From contig OZ241875.1 in NCBI GenBank assembly GCA_965203325.1, forward strand, positions 2,912,001 through 2,976,000: a stretch of 64,000 nucleotides of DNA. The letters run 5' to 3'. Every line of letters begins with the position of its first letter. Position 1 is the first letter of the stretch. A program made the position numbers and the translations under genes. Origin of the DNA: a bacterium. Lineage in GTDB: Bacteria > UBA8248. Under the pieces are notes generated by a model that saw only the letters and a program-made list of their open reading frames with translations, was not told where the DNA came from and searched no databases. Positions 9,394 through 17,796 of the stretch are shown here, in pieces.

Positions 9394-11415
9394 ATGATCG
9401 AACTGGCTTGGCTCATTCCCGTTTTTCCGGTGATCGGGGTTCTGATCAACGGATTGTTCGGAAGGCACGTGGGCGAGAGGGCGGGCCCCATCGCTTCCGT
9501 CATGGCGGGCTTGTCGCTGCTCGTGGTGCTGGGCATCGCTGTTCAGATGATCTTCGGCGCGGGCGGCAGCCATACTGTGCCGCTCTGGACGTGGGTGGAA
9601 GCGGGGAGCTTCAGCGCCTCGATGAGCTTCCTCATCGACCCGCTGAGCACCATCATGCTGCTCGTGGTGGCGGGCGTGGGTTTTCTGGTGCACGTATACG
9701 CCGTGGGCTACATGCACGGAGACCCGGGCTATCCGCGCTTTTTCACCTATCTCAACCTGTTCATGCTCTCGATGTTCCTGCTGGTGCTGGGGGACAACTA
9801 TCTCGTGATGTTCGTCGGCTGGGAGGGCGTGGGCCTTTGCAGCTACCTGCTCATCGGCTTCTGGTACGAGAAGCAATCCGCGTCCGACGCGGGCAAAAAG
9901 GCGTTCATCGTCAACCGCATCGGCGACGCGGGCTTTCTGCTCGGCATGTTCCTCATCTGGACGCTGACGGGCAGCCTCACCTACACGGAAGTGTTCAAGG
10001 AGGCGCCCGAGATGAGCGCGGCGGCGGCATCGGCCGTCGGTCTTCTGCTGTTCGTCGGCGCCGTCGGCAAAAGCGCGCAGATTCCGCTCTACGTCTGGCT
10101 GCCCGACGCCATGGAAGGTCCGACCCCCGTCAGCGCCCTCATCCACGCCGCCACCATGGTGACGGCAGGCGTCTACATGGTCGCGCGCACGAGCCCCATC
10201 TACGTCATGGGGCCGGACGCGATGAGCGTCATCGCCATCGTCGGCGCGCTCACGGGCCTGTTCGCCGCGAGCATCGGCCTGGTGCAAAACGACATCAAGC
10301 GCGTGCTCGCCTACAGCACGGTCAGCCAGCTCGGCTTCATGTTCATGGCGCTGGGCGTGGGCGCATTCACGGCCGCCATCTTCCATCTGATGACCCACGC
10401 CTTCTTCAAGGGCCTGCTCTTTCTTGGCAGCGGGAGCGTCATCCACGCGCTTCACCATGCGCCGGAAGAGCAGCAGCAGGACATGCGCTACATGGGCGGT
10501 TTGAAGGACAAGATGCCCGTGACGTACTGGACGTTCCTGATAGGCGCTATCGCCATCGCGGGCGTGCCGCCGCTGGCGGGCTTCTGGAGCAAGGACGAGA
10601 TTCTGGCGAACGCCTTCTTCACGGGGCACTACACGGTCTGGATCATGGGCACCGTCGCGGCCTTCATGACGGCCTTCTACATGTTCCGGCTCATCTTCAT
10701 GACGTTTCACGGCGAGATGCGCGTCGATCATCACGCCCGCGAACACATACACGAATCGCCCGCCACGATGACGGTTCCGCTCATCATCCTGGCGGTCCTG
10801 AGCGTCATCGGCGGCGTGATTCCCGGCTTCCCGCCCGAGGCCGGCTGGATACACCGCTTCCTGGCGCCCTCGCTGGCGAAGATGCCGGCCGGCGGCCACG
10901 CCACGGAGCAGGGCGTGCACCTGATGAACGCCGCGGCCGGCGGCGGGCACAGCGGGCCGGCGGTGGTGTTCCTGATCATACTGGCCATCGCCGTCGCCGT
11001 GGGCGGCATCGCCCTGGCGTGGTACATGTACGTCAAGGACACGGAGGCGCCGCGGCGCTTGTACGAGCGCTTTACGGGCTTATATCGTCTGCTTCTGGAA
11101 AAATACTATATCGACGAGATTTACCAAGCCTGCATCGTCGAGCCGGTCTACAAGCTCATGCGCGGCTTGTGGACTTTCGATGCGAAGGTGGTGGACGGGG
11201 CGGTGAACGGCAGTTCGCTCATCACCGTCGTGTCGAGCCGCTTCTCGGGAATTTTCGACCTTCGGACGGTGGACGGGGCGGTGAACGGCACGGCGAGCTT
11301 CATCCGCTTTTTCTCCCAGGTATTCAAATACCTGCAATCCGGAATGGTTCAGAATTATCTTTTCGTGATGCTGTTGGGCATCTTCGTGATGCTGAGCGCC
11401 TACCTTTTCCGCTGA
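9394..11415 (+). CDS. nuoL: NADH-quinone oxidoreductase subunit L, operon 2, with 26-aa duplication in the amphipathic helix
   Basis: All NuoL motifs present; VDGAVNG occurs twice, 26 aa apart, near the C-terminus. Confidence 0.97.
   Translation: MIELAWLIPVFPVIGVLINGLFGRHVGERAGPIASVMAGLSLLVVLGIAVQMIFGAGGSHTVPLWTWVEAGSFSASMSFLIDPLSTIMLLVVAGVGFLVHVYAVGYMHGDPGYPRFFTYLNLFMLSMFLLVLGDNYLVMFVGWEGVGLCSYLLIGFWYEKQSASDAGKKAFIVNRIGDAGFLLGMFLIWTLTGSLTYTEVFKEAPEMSAAAASAVGLLLFVGAVGKSAQIPLYVWLPDAMEGPTPVSALIHAATMVTAGVYMVARTSPIYVMGPDAMSVIAIVGALTGLFAASIGLVQNDIKRVLAYSTVSQLGFMFMALGVGAFTAAIFHLMTHAFFKGLLFLGSGSVIHALHHAPEEQQQDMRYMGGLKDKMPVTYWTFLIGAIAIAGVPPLAGFWSKDEILANAFFTGHYTVWIMGTVAAFMTAFYMFRLIFMTFHGEMRVDHHAREHIHESPATMTVPLIILAVLSVIGGVIPGFPPEAGWIHRFLAPSLAKMPAGGHATEQGVHLMNAAAGGGHSGPAVVFLIILAIAVAVGGIALAWYMYVKDTEAPRRLYERFTGLYRLLLEKYYIDEIYQACIVEPVYKLMRGLWTFDAKVVDGAVNGSSLITVVSSRFSGIFDLRTVDGAVNGTASFIRFFSQVFKYLQSGMVQNYLFVMLLGIFVMLSAYLFR
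11190..11290 (+). repeat. 23-bp identical direct repeat (11190-11212 and 11268-11290), 78-bp period, inside nuoL
   Basis: ggtggacggggcggtgaacggca occurs twice. Confidence 0.95.
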
Positions 11416-11438
11416 TGCGATAAGGTTTTGGAGGAACT

Positions 11439-12986
11439 ATGAGCAACATGCCGCTTCTTACGCTGATCACCTTCCTGCCCGCGGTGGGTGCGGTGATTAT
11501 CATGCTCTTCATGAAGAAAGAGCAGACGAAAGCCATCAAGGGTTTCGCCACGGCGGTGGCGGTCTTGGACTTCCTGATTTCGCTTCCCCTCTGGTTCAAT
11601 TTCGATCAGTCCGAAGCCGGATTCCAGTTCGTGGAGAAGGTGAGCTGGATACCCACCATCGGGGTGAGCTATTTCGTCGGCATCGACGGGATCAGCGTGC
11701 TGCTCGTCCTGCTCACGACGCTCACGATGATCGTGGGGGTCGTGTGCTCGTTCACCGCCATCGAGGAGCGCGAAAAGGAATACTACGTCTGCCTCCTTCT
11801 GCTGGCGACCGGTATGCTGGGCACCTTCATCGCGCTCGACATCTTCCTCTTCTACGTGTTCTTCGAGGTCACCCTGGTGCCGATGTATTTCCTCATCGGC
11901 GTGTGGGGCGGGCCGAGGAAGCTCTACGCGGCGATCAAGTTCTTCCTCTATACGCTGTTCGGCAGCGTGTTGATGCTGTTGGGAATTCTGGCGTTCTACT
12001 TCGCCAACCTGAAAATGGGCACCGGAACCCTTACGTTCGACCTGGTGGAGTTGTACGGCGTGGGGCCGAAGATACCGCTTTCGCTCCAGATATGGATATT
12101 CCTGGCGTTCTTCATCGGCTTCGCCATCAAGGTCCCCATGTTCCCCTTCCACACCTGGCTGCCGGACGCGCACGTGGAAGCCCCGACGGCGGGCAGCGTG
12201 ATCCTGGCGGGCATTCTCCTGAAAATGGGAACCTACGGATTCGTGCGCTTCGCCCTGCCCCTGCTGCCCCAGGCGAGCCAGGTTTTCGTGCCCTTCATGG
12301 TGCTGCTCTCCATCATCGGGATCATTTACGGGGCGCTGGTGGCCATGGCGCAAACGGACATCAAGAAACTGGTGGCCTATTCCTCGGTGAGTCACTTGGG
12401 CTTCGTGATGCTGGGTATTTTCGCCTTAAACGAGCAGGGCGTCCTCGGCGGACAGCTTCAGATGATCAACCACGGAATCAGCACGGGCGCCTTGTTCCTT
12501 CTGGTGGGCGTCGTTTACGAGAGGCGTCATACGCGCCTCATCTCCGATTACGGCGGCCTCTCGAAAATCGTGCCCGTCTATACGGTGCTCTTCGCCATCA
12601 CGATGCTGAGCAGCATCGGGCTTCCGGGGCTGAACGGTTTCGTGGGCGAGTTCCTGATCCTCATCGGCGCGTTCAAGAAGAGCTACGTCTACGCCGCGTT
12701 CGCCGTCATCGGCATCGTTCTGGGAGCGGCGTACATGCTCTGGCTCTTCCAGCGGGTGTTCTTCGGGAATCTGGATAATCCCGAGAACGAGAAGCTCACC
12801 GACTGCAACGCGCGCGAGGTTCTCTATCTGATGCCGCTGATCATCCTGATGTTCTGGATCGGCCTGTATCCCAAGCCGTTCCTGGGGAGGATGGAGGCGA
12901 GCGTGAAGAAAGTCGTGAAGATGGTGAACGTGGCGGAGGCGCCGCAAAAGGCCGCGCTCGGCAAAATGACGAAGCTCGAGAAGTAA
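11439..12986 (+). CDS. nuoM: NADH-quinone oxidoreductase subunit M, operon 2
   Basis: FYVFFEVTLVPMY, AIKVPMFPFHTWLPDAHVEAP, KKLVAYSSVSHLG. Confidence 0.97.
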   Translation: MSNMPLLTLITFLPAVGAVIIMLFMKKEQTKAIKGFATAVAVLDFLISLPLWFNFDQSEAGFQFVEKVSWIPTIGVSYFVGIDGISVLLVLLTTLTMIVGVVCSFTAIEEREKEYYVCLLLLATGMLGTFIALDIFLFYVFFEVTLVPMYFLIGVWGGPRKLYAAIKFFLYTLFGSVLMLLGILAFYFANLKMGTGTLTFDLVELYGVGPKIPLSLQIWIFLAFFIGFAIKVPMFPFHTWLPDAHVEAPTAGSVILAGILLKMGTYGFVRFALPLLPQASQVFVPFMVLLSIIGIIYGALVAMAQTDIKKLVAYSSVSHLGFVMLGIFALNEQGVLGGQLQMINHGISTGALFLLVGVVYERRHTRLISDYGGLSKIVPVYTVLFAITMLSSIGLPGLNGFVGEFLILIGAFKKSYVYAAFAVIGIVLGAAYMLWLFQRVFFGNLDNPENEKLTDCNAREVLYLMPLIILMFWIGLYPKPFLGRMEASVKKVVKMVNVAEAPQKAALGKMTKLEK

Positions 12987-13021
12987 ACAGAGATTTCGCT
13001 TGATTTGATGGAGTCTTTCTG

Positions 13022-14524
13022 ATGGAAGTGGTGATTCCCGACATCGCCTTGTCCCTGGCGCTTCCCGAGATAGGGCTGGCCATTCTCGTCTGCGCGGTTC
13101 TGATACTCGACCTGTTCGTGTCGATAGAGAACAAATCGCGCGTGGGCGTCGTGGCGTTCGTGGGGGTCGTTATCTTGGGGCTCATCGCCTTCGGGCAATG
13201 GGGCGAGGGCGCGAGAACGACGTTCAACGATTTCTACGTGGTCGACAACCTGAGCGTGTTCGTGAAGGTGTGCGTGCTGCTGTGTACGGCCATCTCCATC
13301 CTGTTGCTGCTCCAATACGCCAAGGTCGAGAAGATCAACTACGGCGAGCTCTACGCCATGCTGCTCTTCTCGGTGTTCGGCATGCTGGTGATGGCGTCGG
13401 GCAACGATCTGATTACGATCTATCTGGGTCTGGAGACCATGAGCATCAGCATCTACGTGCTCGTGGCCTTCATGCGGCATGACCCTCTGAGCAGGGAGGC
13501 GGGCCTCAAGTATTTCCTCATGGGCGCTTTCGCCTCGGGCGTTCTCCTCTACGGCATGGCGCTGACCTACGGGTTCACCGGGACGACCTCGATTCGCGGG
13601 ATCGCGGCGGCGTTCTCGGGCGAAGGCGGCGCCGCCATCGCGCAGAACCCGGTGATGATTTTCGGCCTTATTCTCCTGGTCGCAGGCTTCGGGTTCAAGC
13701 TGGCGCTGTCGCCGTTCCACATGTGGCTGCCCGACGCCTACACGGGCGCGCCGACGCCGATAACGGGCTTCATGTCCGTGGCCGTCAAGTTCGCGACCGT
13801 GGCCGCCCTGATGCGGATATTCTTCGTGGCGCTTCCGGCCATGGCGGACAGGTGGAACGCCCTCTTGTGGGCGCTCACGGCGTTCACGCTGGTGTGGGGG
13901 AACGTGGCGGCCATCGCCCAGACGAGCCTGAAGCGCATGCTGGCGTATTCGAGCATCGGGCACGCGGGCTACGTGCTGATGGGCGTGGTGGCCACCATGA
14001 GCGTCGTGGACGGCAAGGTGACGTTCACCGACATCGGCATCAGCGCGGTGGCGTTCTATCTGCTCGCCTATCTGTTCACGAACCTGGGAGCCTTCGGCAT
14101 GCTGATTCTCGTTTGCCGCGACGGCTACCGGGGCGACAACATCGAGGACTGGAAGGGCATCGGCCAGGCGCACCCCTGGGCGGGGATGGCCTTCGTGGTG
14201 TTCCTGCTCTCGCTCGGCGGCATCCCGCCGACGGCCGGCTTCGTCGGCAAGCTCTACCTGTTCGCCGCGGCGGTGCAGAACGAGTACTACTGGCTCGCCG
14301 TGATCGGCCTCGTGATGAGCGCGGTCTCGATGTACTATTACGGGCGCATCATCATGGTGATGTACATGGAGAACCGGGGCGAGAGCCAGGAGGTGATGAG
14401 TTTCTCGAGCGCGCCCTCGCTCTTCTTCGCACTGGTGGTGCTCGTGGTGGCGACGCTGCTGCTGGGCATCTTCCCGGGCAGCTTCCTGGACGCGGCGAAG
14501 GGCACCGTCGCCGGGTTCATCTAG
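13022..14524 (+). CDS. nuoN: NADH-quinone oxidoreductase subunit N, operon 2
   Basis: EAGLKYFLMG, GFKLALSPFHMWLPDAYTGAPT, KRMLAYSSIGHAGY. Confidence 0.96.
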   Translation: MEVVIPDIALSLALPEIGLAILVCAVLILDLFVSIENKSRVGVVAFVGVVILGLIAFGQWGEGARTTFNDFYVVDNLSVFVKVCVLLCTAISILLLLQYAKVEKINYGELYAMLLFSVFGMLVMASGNDLITIYLGLETMSISIYVLVAFMRHDPLSREAGLKYFLMGAFASGVLLYGMALTYGFTGTTSIRGIAAAFSGEGGAAIAQNPVMIFGLILLVAGFGFKLALSPFHMWLPDAYTGAPTPITGFMSVAVKFATVAALMRIFFVALPAMADRWNALLWALTAFTLVWGNVAAIAQTSLKRMLAYSSIGHAGYVLMGVVATMSVVDGKVTFTDIGISAVAFYLLAYLFTNLGAFGMLILVCRDGYRGDNIEDWKGIGQAHPWAGMAFVVFLLSLGGIPPTAGFVGKLYLFAAAVQNEYYWLAVIGLVMSAVSMYYYGRIIMVMYMENRGESQEVMSFSSAPSLFFALVVLVVATLLLGIFPGSFLDAAKGTVAGFI

Positions 14525-14690
14525 CAATCACACGCGACATCTGAAGCAGTACCCCTGACTCTCATGCTTGAGCGGGGCGTGGAAGCGCGTTTTTGCGGAA
14601 TAGGTGCGCTTGTATGGAGTGGCGCACACGGCGACGCTCTTGCCGGTTATGATTCCGGGCGGCACCGAGGAAGAGATGATCACCCTCACC

Positions 14691-14786
14691 GGCTGCGGGA
14701 CGCGGGCGAAGCCGGGGAGGTTTTCCGGATGAAGGAAGGCGGAGTCGCCGGGCTTGTTCGGAAGTGAAGAAAAGCAATTTATGCAA
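14691..14786 (+). repeat. ~96-bp direct repeat, copy 1 (left border of accessory island)
   Basis: ggctgcgggacgcgggcgaagcc...gggaggttttccggatgaa...tcgccgggcttgttcggaagtgaagaaaagcaattt..tgcaa is near-identical to 17265-17361. Confidence 0.93.
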
Positions 14787-14807
14787 GTAACTATATAGAA
14801 AAATATA

Positions 14808-14828
14808 GGGAACTGCGTACGTGACTTG
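14808..14828 (+). mobile_element. Possible IS1595-family terminal inverted repeat remnant
   Basis: gggaactgcgtacgtgacttg resembles IS1595-type ends as I recall them, and sits where similarity to repeat copy 2 stops. Confidence 0.35.
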
Positions 14829-14846
14829 ACGGAACTATCGGGATTC

Positions 14847-14896
14847 ACCGATCCGGACATGCGCGTAATCAAGATATTCAGCAAGTCCGGATCGGT
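14847..14896. repeat. Perfect 12-bp inverted repeat (hairpin) downstream of the peptidase gene
   Basis: accgatccggac-N26-gtccggatcggt. Confidence 0.85.
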
Positions 14897-14913
14897 TGAA
14901 TTTGATGGTGATT

Positions 14914-15837
14914 TCACTTTTTCTTTAAAGACGGGTGGGACTCATACACTCTGATAACAGCATTATGTTCGATGTAATAGGCTGGATTTCCGTCTTTGTC
15001 CCATTGCTCCTTTACCCTTCGTGCACCGGTGACAACCAATTTCGCACGTATTTTAGTCCCGTCGCCAAGAGTGTATTCATTGAATTTCTCGCTTGAATCT
15101 TCTATTGGTATTTCGTATCCGGTCACATTTTTCCCATCTGGCATTGTGATTTGAACTTCAGGGTATTCAATGTCGTCCAAGTTGCTCACTTTCTTTTCTC
15201 CTACGTTAGGGTGGAAGAGGGAGCATAGTTTTTCAATATCTTGAATGCCTGCATCCCTGCGTAAATAAGGTTGAAGTTGCTCCGGTTTAATATCACTAAT
15301 TTTGGTGTTCCCTTCTGTACGAATTTTCTTGACTGCACGGGCTAGCTGCGGCATCAAAGAATTGACTATCCTTTCAGCTTCAATATATTTCTTTTCGACC
15401 TCATCGTTTTTGTTCAATATGTGCTTGTTTTGGGCGAAATAATTTTTAGTGAGCTTAAGATGATGTTCAGGTTGATTTTGAAACCATACGGCCAGCCCTT
15501 CTTCCAGAAAAGTGACATCTTCTATTTTTACCGGGTCGATAAGATGCACGCATTCATGAGCGATTTGCCATGCTGCTTGGTCACAGTAAGCATTGTCCCA
15601 AGCGGTTCTGGAAATATAAATATTAACGGGGCAATTTCCCATGTAATGATGGTTCTCTGGGAAACATATATATGGGCCATCATCACTAATGGCATTCGGT
15701 TTATTTTCAGGAGCCCTAGATATAGAATCTAAATCGAACCTTGTATCTCGCGGCCCGAAAATCCTTTGAATTTTGCTCATATATCGCTGATATTGTTTTT
15801 GTAGGAACATTTCAAATTTTGAATGTTGTGTTTGCAT
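14914..15837 (-). CDS. HExxH zinc-metallopeptidase-like (ImmA/IrrE-like) protein fused to a small conserved beta-rich domain
   Basis: WQIAHECVHL...FLEEGLAVWF; C-terminal FNEYTLGDGTKIRAKLVV...DKDGNPAYYI; AT-rich; start uncertain (15888/15837/15780). Confidence 0.7.
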   Translation of the reverse strand: MQTQHSKFEMFLQKQYQRYMSKIQRIFGPRDTRFDLDSISRAPENKPNAISDDGPYICFPENHHYMGNCPVNIYISRTAWDNAYCDQAAWQIAHECVHLIDPVKIEDVTFLEEGLAVWFQNQPEHHLKLTKNYFAQNKHILNKNDEVEKKYIEAERIVNSLMPQLARAVKKIRTEGNTKISDIKPEQLQPYLRRDAGIQDIEKLCSLFHPNVGEKKVSNLDDIEYPEVQITMPDGKNVTGYEIPIEDSSEKFNEYTLGDGTKIRAKLVVTGARRVKEQWDKDGNPAYYIEHNAVIRVYESHPSLKKK

Positions 15838-15903
15838 TACTCGGAACCGTCCTGATACTCCCGTTAATTGGGGCGGGCATTGTAGCACCTAAGGTGTATG
15901 CGG

Positions 15904-15938
15904 AAAACAAAAAGCCCTTGGCCAAAGCCGGGGGTCTT
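15904..15938 (-). terminator. Intrinsic terminator-like hairpin upstream of the peptidase gene
   Basis: Minus strand AAGACCCCCGGCTTTGGCCAAGGGCTTTTTGTTTT. Confidence 0.55.
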
Positions 15939-16120
15939 GTGTTGTAGCCAATAGAGGTGCCGATTCCATCGGGGTTCGTCTCCGAACGCGGCCTGCCCAC
16001 TGAAAGGACTGTGCAGGTGTACGGGGCCGACATGGCCATTCACGATGTCTGGGACAGGGGCTAATTTCGTTAATCCCTTTCATGGCTTCCCCCACTTTCC
16101 TGTAGATTTGGTGACACCAC

Positions 16121-16155
16121 AAAAAAGACGGGGGCCAAAAAGTCCTCCGTCTTTG
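16121..16155 (-). terminator. Intrinsic terminator after the YHYH and 64-aa genes
   Basis: Minus strand CAAAGACGGAGG-loop-CCCCCGTCTTTTTT. Confidence 0.65.
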
Positions 16156-16220
16156 TCTGGTCTGGCTTCTAAATCCACCGCCGCGAATTCGATTTCCCGA
16201 CCTCCACCGTTCTTGGAATA

Positions 16221-16415
16221 CTATAATTTAGAGGATTTTACCCCATCCTTAAAACCGAGATCATAGATGCAAAAGGGACATTTGCCTTGGGCTATCTGGA
16301 GGCCCATTGGATGATCCTTTAGTTCATCGATCTTTTCCTCGAGGACCCTTATGTCCTCCGGCATATTATCTCGGAATTTAACTTGATGTTTCACACAATA
16401 ATCAGCAAATCCCAT
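16221..16415 (-). CDS. Small hypothetical protein, possible Zn-binding (CxxH...CPFC)
   Basis: 64-aa ORF with GAGGA Shine-Dalgarno; directly follows the YHYH gene. Confidence 0.6.
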   Translation of the reverse strand: MGFADYCVKHQVKFRDNMPEDIRVLEEKIDELKDHPMGLQIAQGKCPFCIYDLGFKDGVKSSKL

Positions 16416-16444
16416 TTACGTTTCCTCTTTTCTCGACAAGCGGC

Positions 16445-16750
16445 TCAGAACCGCAGCTTCCATAAAGTTCCGATCTGGTCAGTTTGGGCCTGAACGGCAG
16501 AGAGGGGGTTCTTCTGTTTTTTCAGCATCCAGCCGATGAGGCCCACGACCACCACGACCCCCAGGACGATGAGCAACGTATCCTTCGAATTGCCGTCATC
16601 GCCACCTCTGTGGCAATGGTATCCACCGGTCGCTGTTTCGTTATGACATCCAGCCCTATTCAGACCTCCTCCGTGAGCACCGGCATGATAGGATGTGACG
16701 ACTAGAAAACACGCTACGAATAAGATGGTGATACAGCGCTTTGCAATCAT
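16445..16750 (-). CDS. YHYH-domain (HxGGLxxxGCH...YHCH) exported/membrane-anchored small protein
   Basis: Signal peptide, AHGGGLNRAGCHNETATGGYHCH, C-terminal TM helix. Confidence 0.85.
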   Translation of the reverse strand: MIAKRCITILFVACFLVVTSYHAGAHGGGLNRAGCHNETATGGYHCHRGGDDGNSKDTLLIVLGVVVVVGLIGWMLKKQKNPLSAVQAQTDQIGTLWKLRF

Positions 16751-16870
16751 GGTTGGGTCCTCTGATTTTGGGTGTGCAAATTATTCCTCGTGCGTCAAAT
16801 AGTGGCATTACTTATGAAAAATCCCTCCCGGTCTATATCAAAGGTGACTTAGTGAGTAGAAATAGTTAGC

Positions 16871-17070
16871 GCGAAGACCGATCCTCAATAATTTTCACTT
16901 CTCAAATTCTTTACAAATTCCCGGATCAAAATGCGGCCAGGACGTGGTTCGAGGAAATGCGCAGGACATCGCAGTTGCCCGAAGCGCGGATCCACGACCA
17001 CGGCGAACATGCAAACGAGAAATTGCAGTCCTACCAGTGATGCAAATACTAGAGATAACTCTCGGTCATG
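16871..17070 (+). pseudogene. Decayed IS1595-family transposase N-terminus
   Basis: Across frameshifts and stops it reads AKTDPQ*FSLLKFF / FPDQNAARTWFEEMR / CPKRGS / SYQ*CKY*R*LSV, matching the IS1595 N-terminal FPDxxxAxxWFExxRW and zinc-ribbon pattern. Confidence 0.7.
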
Positions 17071-17264
17071 ATTCGCATCATCGCCGTATGAGCCGGTATT
17101 TGGAATGAAGGGAGTTTGTCCGAACAGGACGGATCCCGAATTACAGGGATCCCTTACACATTCCTATACCCGTGTTTATGTGTCGCATGAGCACCGTGGC
17201 ATGCAGGCGATTGGGTGTCAAGACGGACGAGCCAGACGTTTGTGAAGTGACGGCCGGCTTCGTG

Positions 17265-17361
17265 GGCTGCGGGACGCGGGCGAAGCCAGGGAGGTTTTCC
17301 GGATGAAAACAAGCGAAATCGCCGGGCTTGTTCGGAAGTGAAGAAAAGCAATTTAATGCAA
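17265..17361 (+). repeat. ~96-bp direct repeat, copy 2 (right border of island)
   Basis: Near-identical to 14691-14786. Confidence 0.93.
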
Positions 17362-17366
17362 ATAAT

Positions 17367-17535
17367 AATTTCTGAAAAATACGATAAAATATGATAAATT
17401 CACGGTGTTTTTCGATAAAAAACTGAAAATTTATTTTCCTGGGAGATGACGCCGCGGGATCCGGACGCAGGGTGATTCTGCCACGGCCCGCGCTTTACGC
17501 GATGACGCCAATTGCGCGGAAATGCGGGGAGTTGC
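17367..17535 (+). repeat. ~168-bp dispersed non-coding repeat, copy A (inverted relative to 21195-21362)
   Basis: aatttctgaaaaatacga...ttcgataaaaaactgaaaatttattttcc.gggagatg...tgcgcggaaatgcgggga.ttgc aligns end-to-end with the reverse complement of 21195-21362. Confidence 0.92.
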
Positions 17536-17596
17536 GAGGGTTTTTTTCGTTATGAGCACTTTAGGGTTTTTCGTGGGACTTACCCGAGTCCCTGAT

Positions 17597-17609
17597 TGAC
17601 ATTTTGTCA
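17597..17609. promoter_or_regulatory. Palindrome TGACA-TTT-TGTCA, candidate enhancer (UAS) for a sigma54 activator
   Basis: Perfect 5-bp dyad ~190 bp upstream of the predicted sigma54 start. Confidence 0.45.
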
Positions 17610-17769
17610 GACGAAAACCGACGGTTCCCGAAAAATCGTCAAAGGGTGATGCCGCTCTGCTGAGACCGAAAGGCGCTTTCCGGAAATTTCCGCGTTGAGC
17701 AGGCTCTATATCTCATTGAAATGCATATGGTTATGGGCAGAGTTTATTTTCGGCGCAGAGTGCTCCGTT

Positions 17770-17786
17770 TTGGCACGATTTATGCT
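17770..17786 (+). promoter_or_regulatory. sigma54 (-24/-12) promoter
   Basis: TTGGCACGATTTATGCT matches TGGCACG-N4-TTGCW with exact GG-N10-GC spacing. Confidence 0.75.
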
Positions 17787-17796
17787 CATTTAAATA

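Noticed and set aside
1139..14527. Long antisense and alternate-frame ORFs over the nuo genes (e.g. 1139-3226, 9408-11423, 12824-14527), and similar ones across the window
   Set aside because: Shadow ORFs expected from high-GC codon bias; Arg/His/Gly-rich, no motifs, and fully overlapping well-supported genes.
14843..14901. Hairpin as an integron attC site (ATTCAAC follows the stop codon; YHYH genes are common cassettes)
   Set aside because: The matching end is GGTGAAT, not GTTRRRY. There are no attC sites after the other island genes and no integrase.
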